The notes under the pieces: generated by a model
What the model was told of the DNA's origin: nothing
Database searches by the model: none
The model's input: only the letters and a program-made list of their open reading frames with translations
Origin: Callorhinchus milii
Taxonomy: Eukaryota
Direction: 5' to 3'
Assembly: GCF_018977255.1 (NCBI RefSeq)
Contig: NW_024704742.1
Coordinates: forward strand, 88,910,001-88,974,000
Length of the DNA stretch: 64,000 nt
Made by a program: the position numbers and the translations under genes
Part shown: piece by piece, positions 37,531-49,650 of the stretch
Position numbering within the stretch: the first letter of the stretch is position 1
Layout of the letters: each line of letters starts with the position of its first letter

Positions 37531-39334
37531 CAATTCCAAAAAACATGTATGTCTTTCACTTGTGATTGCAGCAGAACTTATAACTTAATGGGCAAAAATG
37601 CAGCATGGTTCCTGGTTTGTAACAGAAATTTCAGGATTGCATTGTTAGGATCATAGAATTATAGAATATTACAGTACTGAGTGAGACCATTCAGCTCATC
37701 GTGCCTACGCCCACAAAATATACAGTCAATTCAGTCAATTCTACCTTACAGTATATTCTGTGAAGAGCTTTGAGACGTCACAAAGACGTGATAAGGCTCT
37801 ATATCAAAAGCAAGGAATGTTATTATTGCGTGGATTGTCATGCAATCGTCAAGCCACCAGAGTCTTCAGTCGCAGGGAAAAGTTTGCAGATAGAGTAGTG
37901 GCATGTGGGGCGCTGATATTGATTTCAATGTTCATCTCTCAGCCTTGCAATGATTTCCATTGGGGTCCCAGATGCTTGTGTTATTCATTTCTCTGTGCTT
38001 GGCCCTTGTGGTGGTGGTGCACTTTGTTGCTGGATCTTGATAGTGTTGTGAAACATCATTTTCTTGATTTATGACTTTCTCCACTCAGGAAGGTGGCTGT
38101 TACCATGCATTCACTTCCTCCTTGAAGTGTGTTCCTGGTTGAGATGCTCTTTTCTTAGAGCTGTCTTGCAGAGCTTGAACATGGGCCAAGAGCTGCTGTC
38201 ATCAATCACTGCTGGGAGCTTCTCTATTTTTTGTAACCTTCTTTACCTTGGATCTGCTCTGCTGATTTCAGAGTTTTAGTTGGTTGTCACACTTACATGA
38301 TAGTAACAACCCTTAAGCTAAACATTTTAATCAACGATCATATTCTCCATATCCCTTGCTGTTATAACTACTGATATTATCATTGTGAACAAGCTTTGTG
38401 CTCCAACAACCTTTTCAGAATCCTTTCACTTTGATCTTTACACTCATAATTCTGGTATGCTTTTCTATCCTTCTCAAATTATTTACTGTGATCACCTACA
38501 AATAGTCAGTACTTTCACTGAAAAATCATGCGAAGGGCTTTGAGACATCTCGATGATGTGATAACACGCTACCTCAAATACAAGGCTTATTATACTCCCT
38601 AGGCTGGTCAAGTTTGCTTTATTCTTAGTTCATGCTATGTGGTGTTTTTTTAAAAAACCTGAACTGTCACTTAACATAGCAATTTACTCCTCCTAGTGTT
38701 ACTCACAGTCACATTTAATTTTCAGGAAGGAATTTTCACTGGCCTTTCAATCACTTAATAGGCATCCAATTGATTCTTATACAGTGCCCTTGCGCGTAAC
38801 TAAAACATCTCAAAGCTTTTCAACAAATGAATCAATTGAAAATGAATGAAGAGAAGAGTAATTCTGTGTAATATTAGCCTATGAAATGACCTGTATTACA
38901 ACATAAGAGAACAATTCACCCAGCAATTCCATCAGAATCACAATGTAAGAACTTGGAGAATGTTTACCGTTTATCTGCAAGTTCCCTCAGGTTAAGCAAA
39001 ACAGTCATATGCCAATGCAGGAGCTACACATTATCTTCAATTAAATCATATAGTAGCAGAAATAAAATGGAAAGGTCAAACCATAATCATCAATGGACTG
39101 TAGAAAACCCCACAAGAGGAAGCTCTTGGCCCACTTTGAATTGCCCAGTGTCCAACAACAGACTGCGGGAATGTGTTACTTTAGGAATTTAATTAATTAC
39201 TTAATTAAAGGCATCTGTAATTCCCTCTGTGCACAAGCACTTCCACATGGTTTACACAACTGACAAATTAGATGATCTGATCTCCTTATAATTCACAGCC
39301 AAAGTGTAAACCAGCAGTACTAACCATGAACTGT

Positions 39335-39712
39335 ACGAGCCAGAAGGTTGTGGGTCCCATGTCAAGACTTGAAATCACATAGCTGACACTCCAGCGTAGT
39401 CCCGGGGGTTGCTGCATTGTCAGAAGTGCCGTCCTTCGAATGAGATGTTTAAACTGAGGTCCTGCCTGCCGGTTCATGGTGGACGTTAAAGATCCCATGG
39501 CACTATTGAAAAAGAAAAGGGAGATTTCCTCATGTTCTCGCCAACAATCCCCCAAAATAAAATTGGTCACTCACTCCATGGCTGTTGGTGGGATATTGCT
39601 GTGTGCCAACAGTCACTGCACAGTTACTTTATAGTATATCTTGTGAAGTGCTTTGAGACATCTCAACATGATAAGGCACTATTTCACATTCAAGGATTAT
39701 TAATATTATTTT
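39335..39712 (+). mobile_element. Older DeuSINE, relatively well preserved
   Basis: gccagaaggttgtgggtcc...gctgacactccagc...gtgccgtccttcgaatgagatgtttaaactgagg...ggacgttaaagatcccatggcactattg...aacaatcccccaaaataaaattggtcact, then tail. Confidence 0.85.
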
Positions 39713-40296
39713 TATTTGACCATACCAGGGAGAAAGCATTGGCAATTTAACTTTAAATATGTGTTAACTGAAGAAAAACATCTATACAATAACTTTCAGA
39801 ACAATAACTTTGTACAAGTATTCCTGTCAGTGACAAACTGCAAAGTGAATAAGCATTGTGTAAAGAAACCAAGTAATCTGGTTATGCCCTATCAAGCATC
39901 TCACATCTCTTGTTCCTCCCAGGCATTAAACACGTTGCTCTGCTTGTATTCCTGCTCACTGTGGTGCAATTATAACTTAGATCACAAAAATACATTCTTT
40001 CTCAGTTTTTTTGGCTACTGGGATTCCCCATTCAATCTTATTCAATACAGGCTTCCACATTCAATCTGAATTGAAAACTTTTCCAAACAGTTTGCTCAAT
40101 TTAAAATTTGAAGACATAGAGCCACCAACAAGAAAGATTTCAGGCCTCGGTGCCTTGTTTGTTACACGATGTGTCTGGTGGTGCCGAGAGGGCTATTCCT
40201 GAGTCTTGTGCCCATTGCTTCCCCTGATTTGCTACAGGTGGATTGAAAAGTACAATTCGTTCACTCCTCCATCCATGTGTTCACTTGTTATAATAT

Positions 40297-40607
40297 AAAT
40301 AATTATAATCCTTGCATTTGCTATAGCGCTTTTCACATCGTCTAGACGTCTCAAAACACTTCACAGAATATACTGTAAAGTGAATTAACTGTATATTTGT
40401 GGGCGAAACGCAGCAGCCAATTGCACACAGCAGTGTCCCACAAACAGTCATTGATTAAAGTGACCAATTTATTATTATTTTTTTCTTGAGGGATTATTAT
40501 CAGGTGTGTAGAGTAAGGAAACTTGCCCAAGATTTCGCCCTACCGGGAATCGAGCCCAGATCTCTTGCTTGCAAGTTGAGTGCTCTAACCACTGAGCTCA
40601 GGACTTC
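40297..40607 (-). mobile_element. tRNA-Ala SINE, intermediate subfamily
   Basis: Full-length reverse-complement match. Diagnostic ctgataataatccctcaag and acgtctagacga tail. Confidence 0.92.
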
Positions 40608-40681
40608 AATATTTATATAATATTCCAATATAATATATTTACGTATTATATATTATTATTTATATATAACCAGTCTATTGT

Positions 40682-41010
40682 GGAGTCCTGTAGCTCAGTG
40701 GTTAGAGCACTCGCTTTGCAAGCGAGAGACCTGAGTTCAAATTCCAGGCAGGGCAAAACCTTGGGCAAGTTTCCTTACTCCACACGCCTAATAATAATCC
40801 CTCCAAAAAAAAAAAACAATAATAAATTGGTCATTTTCAATCTACGACTGTTTGTGGGACATTGCTGTGCGCAATTGGCTGCCGCGTTCGCCCACAAATA
40901 TACAGTCAATTCACTTTACAGTGTGTTCTGTGAAGCGCTTTGGGACGTCCTCCCGACGTGAAAAGTGCTATATCAAATGCAAGGATTATTATATTATTAT
41001 TATTATTATT
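40682..41010 (+). mobile_element. tRNA-Ala SINE, young short subfamily
   Basis: Full-length match. Head-to-head with 40297-40607. Confidence 0.95.
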
Positions 41011-41444
41011 GTCTATTCAGCACACCATTATTGTGCTTAGGAGTAACCAAACCAGTCCAGCAGAACCAGAGGAATCATGCCTTTCAACTGCTTCTGAAAC
41101 ACCAAAGTAGCAGCTTCTGCAATAACCTAAAGTTGTATTTTTGGGATGTTGAAGAGTTATCTTCAAAGATATGAAAATTAATATGACTTAAGAATGCAGA
41201 GTATCATAACAACTTGCATTTATATAATGTCCTTCATGTAAAAGTATTTTTCAAAGTGCTTGACAAGTACAGATATCAAACAGGAAAATAAGAGATTTCA
41301 AGATTTGATCAAAGGCACACTCAAGGAGATCTGTTTACAGGAGGTTTTTGAAGGTGCAGAGAGAGCATTAGCTAGACAAAATATTGATCTAAACATTTGC
41401 TTTTAAAGATTTATAGCAAATAGCTAGAAATTGGTATGCGTAAG

Positions 41445-41815
41445 TCAGTCTTCCGTTGGCAACCCTCTCTTCTCAAAGTCAGGAGGTTGCAGATTCAAGC
41501 ATATATATGACTTTGAGCTCATAATCCAGTGCAGTGCTGGGTGGGTGGTTGCACTGATGGAGGTGCAGTTCTTTGGATGCCTGTTCAGGTGGACATAAAC
41601 AATCTCATGGCACTATTCAAAAAGAATAGCAAGTTTCTTTTGTTGTGTTATGGCCAACAATCCCCCAGATAAATTGACCATTCATGTTATGGTGTGGAAC
41701 AATACTGTGTGCAAATTGGCTGCCATTGTTCACCTACAAATACATAGTCATTTTTTTAAACAGAAAACTCTGTGAAACAATTTGAGATTTTTTTTCACAT
41801 GGTAAGGGCGATACA
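41445..41815 (+). mobile_element. Older DeuSINE, decayed
   Basis: agtcaggaggttgcagattcaagc...ctgttcaggtggacataaac...ctgtgtgcaaattggctgcc. Confidence 0.7.
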
Positions 41816-43044
41816 TTAAGGATGGAATAAGAAAAGACTATTCAGCCCATCAAGCTACTTCCTCCACAGCTACACAAACCTACCGTATTATGGGCCATAT
41901 TATGATGCACTATTTCATGGGTTGTAAAGTATGGCAAAAATGAAAGGATTATTACAAATAATTAGCAAATATGATATATGTGTTTTATTCTCCCTTTGGT
42001 TACTACCAACAGAAATAGAGCCTGAACGTCAGGTGGTACATTTTCTGTGAAGTTGTTTAATGTGCATAATTAAATCTGGTGTTCCATTGGACGGGTTAAT
42101 CAAATGCTGGATCTAACTTAAGATGTAAATAGAGGTAAATCAGGCATTACTAATTGGGAGGTAAATGCAAGCACTTACCAACATTTACCACCCACGTACC
42201 CATAATGAACAATTTCATTACTGAATTCTTGTCATTTCTATCGTGGAAATAATACGGGTTTTATGCTGTATGGACCACAAAGTTGAGCAATTGATAAAAT
42301 ATTTCTACTTCACTTAACATTTATTGTCATGTTCAGTAAATACATAGTCACTGTAATTGCTCTGAGAGTAGGGAAACATCTACCCTTTGCATTTTAATTT
42401 AGCAAGAAATCCATTCATTAGAAGAAAATGGTTATGAACGCTATTAAGTTTTGTTATTTTAGAAGCAGTGCTACCATTAGCAAAACCTGAACCTTCAATG
42501 TTACCTCCTCATAGGTGACTTTATAGTATATTAGTGGCAAATGTGGCATGCAATATGATAGTGGGTTTGACAAAATGGCGAGTCACAGGTCCAAGAGAGC
42601 AAACAAATTAAGTGTGAAATAAGAAATGGCTGTTCGACTCATCAAGCCACTTTCTTTGTAGCCACACAAATCTACCATATTATGGATTTATCTCCTGGTG
42701 GTAAGTATGACAGAAATAGTCTTGGAATCTTAAGGGGTTTCTACGGTTAGTCTCAGTTTCCCTGGACTGTGAAAAGAAGGAAAGGTGGTAGTGAGAGTAG
42801 GTGCATAAATAAGGTGATGATCAGCATCTTGGGACATTCTTCTGATGTGAAAATCGCTATACAAATATAATTTTGTAATTTGTATTGTATGATGGGAGTT
42901 TTGGGATTAGATGTGATGTCTCTGGTGGATACACATTGGGGTTCCATTTAGCTGTACATTCTGTATTTTTCACAGTGTTGGAGGCAGTAACCCCAACCCC
43001 AAAGTCATTCTGAATGCCCCAAGAATGAAGAGTGTTATACAGAA

Positions 43045-43820
43045 CCATAGAAATTTACAGGACAGAAGGCCATTGGGCAACTTCATGTCTATTTTGCTGT
43101 TTTCAACTGCAATCCTTTCAGTCCCATATTTATCTGTTGTTTCCTCATAATAATAATAATAATCCTTGCATTTGATATAGCGCTTTTCACGTCGGGAGGA
43201 CGTCCCAAAGCGCTTCACAGAATACTGTAAAGTAAATTGACTGTATATTTGTGGGCGAACGCGGCAGCCAATTGCACACAGCAATGTCCCACAAACAGTC
43301 GTAGATTGAAAATGACCAATTTATTATTGTTTTTGGTTTTGGAGGGATTATTATTAGGCGTGTGGAGTAAGGAAACTTGCCCAAGGTTTCGCCCCGCCTG
43401 GAATTGAACTCAGGTCTCTCATTTGCAAAGCGAGTGCTCTAACCACTGAGCTACAGGACTCCACATACCCCTTTTTAGATATCTATCTAGTTCCTTTTTG
43501 AAATCTGATATGGATTCTGCCTCAACAGAGAAACATAGCAACAGGAGTATGCCATTCAGTCCCTCGAGCCTGTTCTGCCATTCTATAAGATCATGGGCTT
43601 TTCATGGCTAATCTGTACCTCAACTTCAATTACCCGCCCTTGCCCCATGTCCCTTAATACCCTGACCTAACAAATATCTATACACCTCTGTCTTGAAAAT
43701 GTGAATGGATCCAGCATCCACAGCCTTTGGAGAGAGTTCTAACCTTTGGGTGAAAAACAATCACCGCTTTCTACAGGGCATCCCATATTATAACCACTCT
43801 ATGCATGAGATAATATTTTA
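43045..43820 (-). mobile_element. Two nested CR1 3' fragments (older one split by a SINE and a younger HER1-like end at about 43527-43757)
   Basis: catagaaatttacaggacagaaggccatt; inner aacatagcaacaggagtatgccattcagtccctcgagcctgttctgccatt...cagcctttggagagagttct; outer resumes aatcaccgctttctacagggcatcccatattataaccactct. Confidence 0.7.
43147..43462 (-). mobile_element. tRNA-Ala SINE, young short subfamily
   Basis: Full-length reverse-complement match. Confidence 0.95.
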
Positions 43821-43839
43821 GAATATACAAATTAAGTAA

Positions 43840-43923
43840 CAGTGGAAGCTGCTTTAGCTGGATGGCGGGTAAATCGGACAGAACGGGCTACCCCGACATG
43901 TCCTGCTTAAGGGGCTTCCACTG
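43840..43923. mobile_element. pogo/Tigger-like MITE
   Basis: Left CAGTGGAAGCTGCTTTAGC against right (reverse complement) CAGTGGAAGCCCCTTAAGC, 16/19 identical. TA on the right flank, AA on the left. GC/CpG-rich interior in an AT-rich context. Confidence 0.6.
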
Positions 43924-44977
43924 TACAAATATAATATTAATACAATAATATCTAAATAAAATAATGGATATATTTAATATTATTATTGAATAAAATAATA
44001 TCTCAAATAAATGCAAGATGTTGTTATTGAATGGTGATCTTCATAAAGCCAAGACATCAGTCTTGGAGTTTTCGATTGGTGATTAGTCATTGCTTTTTTC
44101 ATTATCCAAAAGCTCAAGAGTAACCGGTGACACAAGGTCGAAACCCACATCTGTGATCAAGGAGTCAAAAGCTTCCTTTATATTTCTTATACCCTCAGAA
44201 TGTTCTCCCCAATTGCAGCTTCTTTGAGCCATTTTCTAAATATCAAAATAATTATAAGCTTTTCATGTAAAGCTGCACTTTCAGGGAACGTAATTCTGCC
44301 AGTAGTGTGTGGGCCATTATTTTTGATGCACTATATCCATATTTGAGAAACATTATGGCCAAAACCCTGCTGGGCTGATTCCCTGTAAATCCTAGAAATT
44401 GCGGACTAAAATATATCATTGTTGCAATTCAAGCATAAGATTGTTAATGGCTTCAAAGATTCCCGAAGAGTTCCAACTCTTTCAAAATTACCCCTTAAGA
44501 TCCATTTGGCAATGTAATTGTTTCTGCTAAGGTTCTGCTAGTTCTAAATATACCAGAATTAGATACCAAGAGACCAATTTCACATTCATTCTTTGCTTTT
44601 TTTTTTACTGTGGCCAGTGCTTATTGTTCATTTTATAAATGCACTGTACTTCAGAATGGATTTCCTATCATACAGATAAACTATTGTTCGATATTGTTTT
44701 TTTACACACACACACACATAGTGTCACACTTTGTTATCCATCATGTGGATCAATCTTACAAGTAGGGCTGCTATTTTCTGATATATATTGGTATTTATTT
44801 TGATGGCGATCAATTACTCAGCCAACTTAGAACAAATTCATTCCAATCTTTTTAAGACTAAATTGGCAAGCATTCACTTGTATCTATGACTGGACATCTA
44901 TGATTGAGAGGTTGTTTGACACGTGCATATTGATGAACTGCTCAGACTGAGACAAAAATAAAAGGAACCAGGCTTGC

Positions 44978-45337
44978 GTGTTCAATCCATTCACTCCCTG
45001 GCACCTCCCTACCGCTCCGACCTCCTCACTCTCTAATCCACACCCGACGCCTCTGCTTGACTGGCGCCAGCCTCCTGCTTGTCCCTCGCACCCTTCGCCC
45101 CACCATTGGAGGTCACGCTTTCAGCCACTACGCCCCAAAACTCTGGAACGCTCTCCCTCAATCCCTCCGCCTTGATCCCTCTCTCCCCTGTTTCAAATCC
45201 CGCCTGAAAACTTTCCTCTTCGACCGTGCTTACGGCCAGCACCCCACTCCCCCGGCTTGGAGTCAGGCTCCGCATCGTTAAGCGCTCTGAGATGCTACCT
45301 TGGTGGAGGGCGCTATATAAGTGCAAGCTGTTGTTGC
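44978..45337 (+). mobile_element. L2 3' fragment (tail type A)
   Basis: PTIGGHAFSHYAPKLWNALPQSLRL...FKSRLKTFLF. Tail gtggagggcgctatataagtgcaagctgttgttg. Confidence 0.9.
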
Positions 45338-46149
45338 CTATTTAAATGTTGTGAATTAAATTGGCAGAATTTTACTGAAAGATCACTGTACTTTGTCCTT
45401 TGCCACCATTATTGTTTGCTTTCTGGAGAGACACTTTCTTCCAGTTTATGAGCTTCCTCAGATGTTTATGTATCCAGGTATTCGGTTGTGAATATAAAAT
45501 ATTATTTTCTGTACATGGTGTTCTTTCCTACATTTATTAAGTCTGTCAGATTTTGATTTATTATGTGGCATATAACCACTGAGCTACAGGACTATGGATT
45601 ATGAGCTGGATTATGAGATCAATTGTCCCAACACAGAGTACATTGGGTTGGAAATGTAGAACATGTTTACTATCCTTATCTGGTATTTAAATCCATCCAC
45701 AGTATTGCTCTATACTTCCTATGCAAACATGTTCTGCCCACACCCTCTGCTCTTCCTCTCTTCCGACACTCATCTAATGTTCACCTTCGATTCCCTTCGA
45801 GTGGAATCAGGATTGAAAGCATGGATTTCTCACCTCTTTGTCAGATACTGTATTGAAAATAATTTAAAGATAGTAATAATTCTTGCATTTAATGTAGTGC
45901 CTTTTATGTTGGGAGGATGCTTCAGTGTGCTCAATACGATTCACTGTGAGTGTAATGGCTGGGTATTTTTTTAGGTGAATGCAACAAGTATATTGTACAA
46001 ATAAGTAAATGAGCAAATTTATTTGAGGGATTGTTCACCAGGACGTAAGGAGAGATAAACAAGACCTTGTTTCAATATTTCATCTGAAGTAGACTTCCCC
46101 TCGCTGCACGGTAATATCTGAAGGCACGCTTCAGATTTTGACATTGTTT

Positions 46150-48540
46150 TTCCACACCTTTAGAGGTCTAAACCAGAGAGCTCTTCAGAAAACTGTCCAA
46201 GCAATGGCATGGTTGCAAAGCTCATGGTTTTTTGATTGTGGTCGATGGTGCCTGAAATGTCTTATTTTCCTTGTTCTTGCTTGGAGTCTGGGTATCATGC
46301 TAAGCTTTGAAAAACTGTGCCTTCAGACTGCAGCCATAACCCCCAAAGAGTCATACATTCATCCTGCCATCATTCTCCAATGCCCTCCGCAGGCCAAATT
46401 GATTCAGAGTAAATGAACCATGGCTCATGAGTTAAGCCAGTGAAACTGCAATTATCTATATAAATTCATTCTTGGCATTTGTCACCTTTTGAGTTTTTTT
46501 ACACTACTTCTTCTCAGTCACCCAGCTGATCCCTAAGTGTACTTTCTCATCCTCTATAATCTGTAACGCTCTCTGAACTCTAACCACAGAGGTAAATTGT
46601 AACCCAAATGGACAATAAGTATTTATATTATTGGAAAAGCATGTCCTCTCCACATGTTATGCATTACTAAGTCTCTTGTAAGGCAGATATTGTGGCACAG
46701 ACAAGCAAGATTTACTGAAATAAATGCTAAGTTTTATTTGCCACGATTATAACAAAAGATAACAACAACAAAATTACATTTATAGAGTGTGTTTTACGTC
46801 GGGAGGACGTCCCAAAACGCTGAACAGTCAGGTGTTGGGACCCGAGCATGGGGGAGGGATGGTGAAGGGTGAGGGAAGGCAGAGAGGTGGGAGGGAGACC
46901 AAAGCAGAATTGAAGAGAAGGGTCTTAAGACCAGCGTAGAAGGAGGCAAACTGGCTACCACATTTACCCTCAAAATACACAGTCACTTCACTTTGCAGTA
47001 AGTCCTGTGAACCACTTTAGGACATTCAAAAGCACTTTAAATGCGAAAGATTATTGCAAAGATATTAGTACATTGTTGACTAATTAAAAGTAGAATAATA
47101 ATGACATTAATAACATTATACACCATATGTCACTTACAAAGTGTAGCCAAGTGTGTGACATGTTAAACAAATGTACAGCTATAAACATGCCTCAAGAACT
47201 GACCACAGCCAAATAAACAATGATAATAATGCCTTGTAACAACACTCTCGCTGACAGCAGCTGCAAATGATATACATTTCAATGGACTGTGAATCTAGAG
47301 AAGTTCCTTAGAGGTATTTCATCATCTTCATCTGGAAAAAATGAAGGATTATCTTTTTGCTGCCAAACCTTCCCTACACAGTCAAAAAAGTTATGTCCAA
47401 GTGTTTCTAAAGTCTGTGAACTGTGAAGGAGATTGTACATCGAGTCAAAGAGATGGTGGTAGTCATGAACAGGGTGATCAGTTGAGGTAGTTATCCTTGT
47501 GGTCAGCTTCAACTTGAAGCTTGTACTTTACTAAGGTCTTTGCCCAGTCCTCTGTCGAAAACATAGTGAGGACTCAGAGGCAAGAGTGCAACCATCTGAG
47601 CTAGCCTTCCAGATAAATATTCCTCGATAGACTCCAGTTAGTAGATTAAATGAGGAATTACAGATAATGGCGTTGTGGTGATGGGGGAATCTCTAATTCA
47701 GCAACGTCCATCTGAATATAAAGAAAACTAAAGAAGAGGCAGTCTGATGCTGCTTTTATGATACATATCAAGTTACCATAATTTGGTCTGTGATTTGTCA
47801 CCAAGCAGGCCATAGAAAGTGGGTGTCAAACAAGGCAAATTACATTGAAGCCACATTCTTGTCATCAGATGGTAGAGAAAACAACGTAAATCACACCCAC
47901 AGTCTTACTTCGACTGAACCAAGACTGCTATAGTCTTATGAAAAGTAGTCTTGCAAAGGCTAGACTGAGTTATTCTTGCTTGCGGTAAAGCAGTCTTGCT
48001 TAGTATGAGAGTGAATTGATTCAGCCTTGGTGATGCGAAAGATGGATTAGAGGGAAAATACGGGAAGCCATGATTGTTAAGCGTAGTACTGAAAAAAATG
48101 ATCAAAATCCTCTCCAGCAGCCCGCTGTAAAGATAAAAATTAAAACAGGACATGGACTGTTGAGAGATAATAAAAACAAGCCTTCAACCAGGCCAATGTA
48201 ACATAAGACACATTAATCTATACGCCATACATTAGGTTGATAAAGACTTCTGGCTGACAGTGGTGCAGTCTTTGCCTACAGCCTCATAACAAGCTTTAGC
48301 TTTAAGGTCAACAACTAGATTGGGAACTTCCTTTGTTATCTGTGATAAATGAACCAATTGCCTGCGAGCAAACTGGATGGAGCCAAGTAAGTGCTCTTCA
48401 GAGATGAGAAAACCTCAAAGAATGAAGAATAATTTATTATCTAATTCAGTCTGTTCATTTGTTATTGAATAGTTTGTTTGAGATAGTTAAGGTGAAAAAC
48501 TTCCTTGTGTTACTAAATGTAGTGATATTGAGAATCTGCG
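46150..48540 (-). mobile_element. Decayed KDZ-superfamily (HMGXB3/Zisupton-like) transposase with introns and a downstream Ulp1-like protease
   Basis: Minus-strand colinear motifs: SEEHLLGSIQF...VPNLVVDLKAKACY (about 48400-48285); exon 48124-47909 (GEDFDHFF / HGFPYFPSNPSF...VLVQSK|gtaag); QECGFN...NYGNLICIIKAAS; LRFPHHHNAIIC/IPHL; DHPV..YHHLFD..KDNPSF; then EFI*II..H(W)..V(Y)DSL..PQSKNHELCNHAIAW (about 46470-46190). Confidence 0.6.
46760..46950 (-). mobile_element. L2 3' tail fragment (type B) inserted in the KDZ relic
   Basis: aacaacaacaaaattacattta...cgtcgggaggacgtcccaa...gaagggtcttaagacc. Confidence 0.8.
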
Positions 48541-49419
48541 TTAACAGCTTACATTTATACAATGCCTTCAAGTAGGGTATTATCTCAAAGCACTTTTCAA
48601 AGAAGAGGGTGGGCGAGGAGGCAGATGACTGTAGGTACAGATAAAGAGGTAGTTTTTCAGTAGACTTTTAAAAACAAATAGAAATGGGGCAAGTGGAGGA
48701 AGTTTATTAGAACAAGTAATAATAATCTTTGCATTTGATATAGCGCCTTTCATGTCTGGAGGACATCTCAAAGCACTTTACAGGGTATACTGCCAAGTGC
48801 AGTGACTGGATTTATAGGTGAAGATGTGGGAGAAATAGAAGGTATGGAGACAGAAGCAGAACAAATAATGTTTTGCTGGTTTCTAACTGGAAGCTCAGAA
48901 TAGTCTGGATCTCTTGGCAATGAAACAATGATTTGCAGTAAAAAGATAATAGAATTCTGCTTCTTTCAGCTGGAGGCCAGAATGATTACTTCTGCATCAT
49001 TTCTTACATTCGCCTTCTGTTTGTTGTGAAACGTTCTTGCAAAACAGCTTTGCAGCTTGAACTCTGTGGGTTCTTACTTTCCTTTGCAGTTTAACATTGA
49101 AGTGCTTATGCTAATTGCTGATGTTAAATGAAGAAATATGGCTCTTTGAGAGAACCTCTTGATGTGAAAGGCAGTATATAAGTGTAAACTGCATGGCATA
49201 TATACATATATATACATACATATTTATATATATCGTATATGCAAGATTGTGTGCATAAATTTATGAAATATATTATTATTAAACAACAACAAACCTTAGG
49301 TGAGAGCCAGGCACTGCTACAAGTTAAAGGCTTGGGCTCCATTGGAGATAATGATATTTGTACCCAGGAGCAGCAATGTGATGCATACACTGCATACATA
49401 TCTTCAGTTAACATTAATA

Positions 49420-49650
49420 TTAATAATATTAATCCTTCATTTGACATTTCACTTCTTACCCCATGAGGATGTCTCCAAGGCATTTCATGGGATATACTAT
49501 AAAGTGTAGTGACTGTATTTTGTGGACAAATACAGCAGCCAGCTTGTGTAAAATAATGTCCCACAAACAGCCATAAAGTGAATGACTGATTTTATTTGGG
49601 GTATTGTTGGCCAAGACACTGGGAGAAACTCCCTTCTCTTTTCAAATAGT
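49420..49650 (-). mobile_element. Older DeuSINE 3' half
   Basis: aatccttcatttgac...aatgtcccacaaacagccat...ttgttggccaagacactgggagaactcc. Confidence 0.7.

Noticed and set aside
44030..44560. Coding-like decayed sequence on the minus strand
   Set aside because: No motif I could assign to any family, so it was left unannotated.
48077..48124. Terminal exon of a host gene (RAAGEDFDHFFQYYA*)
   Set aside because: I could not match it to a known C-terminus. The flanking colinear motifs are better explained by the decayed KDZ transposase. Not fully excluded without RNA-seq.
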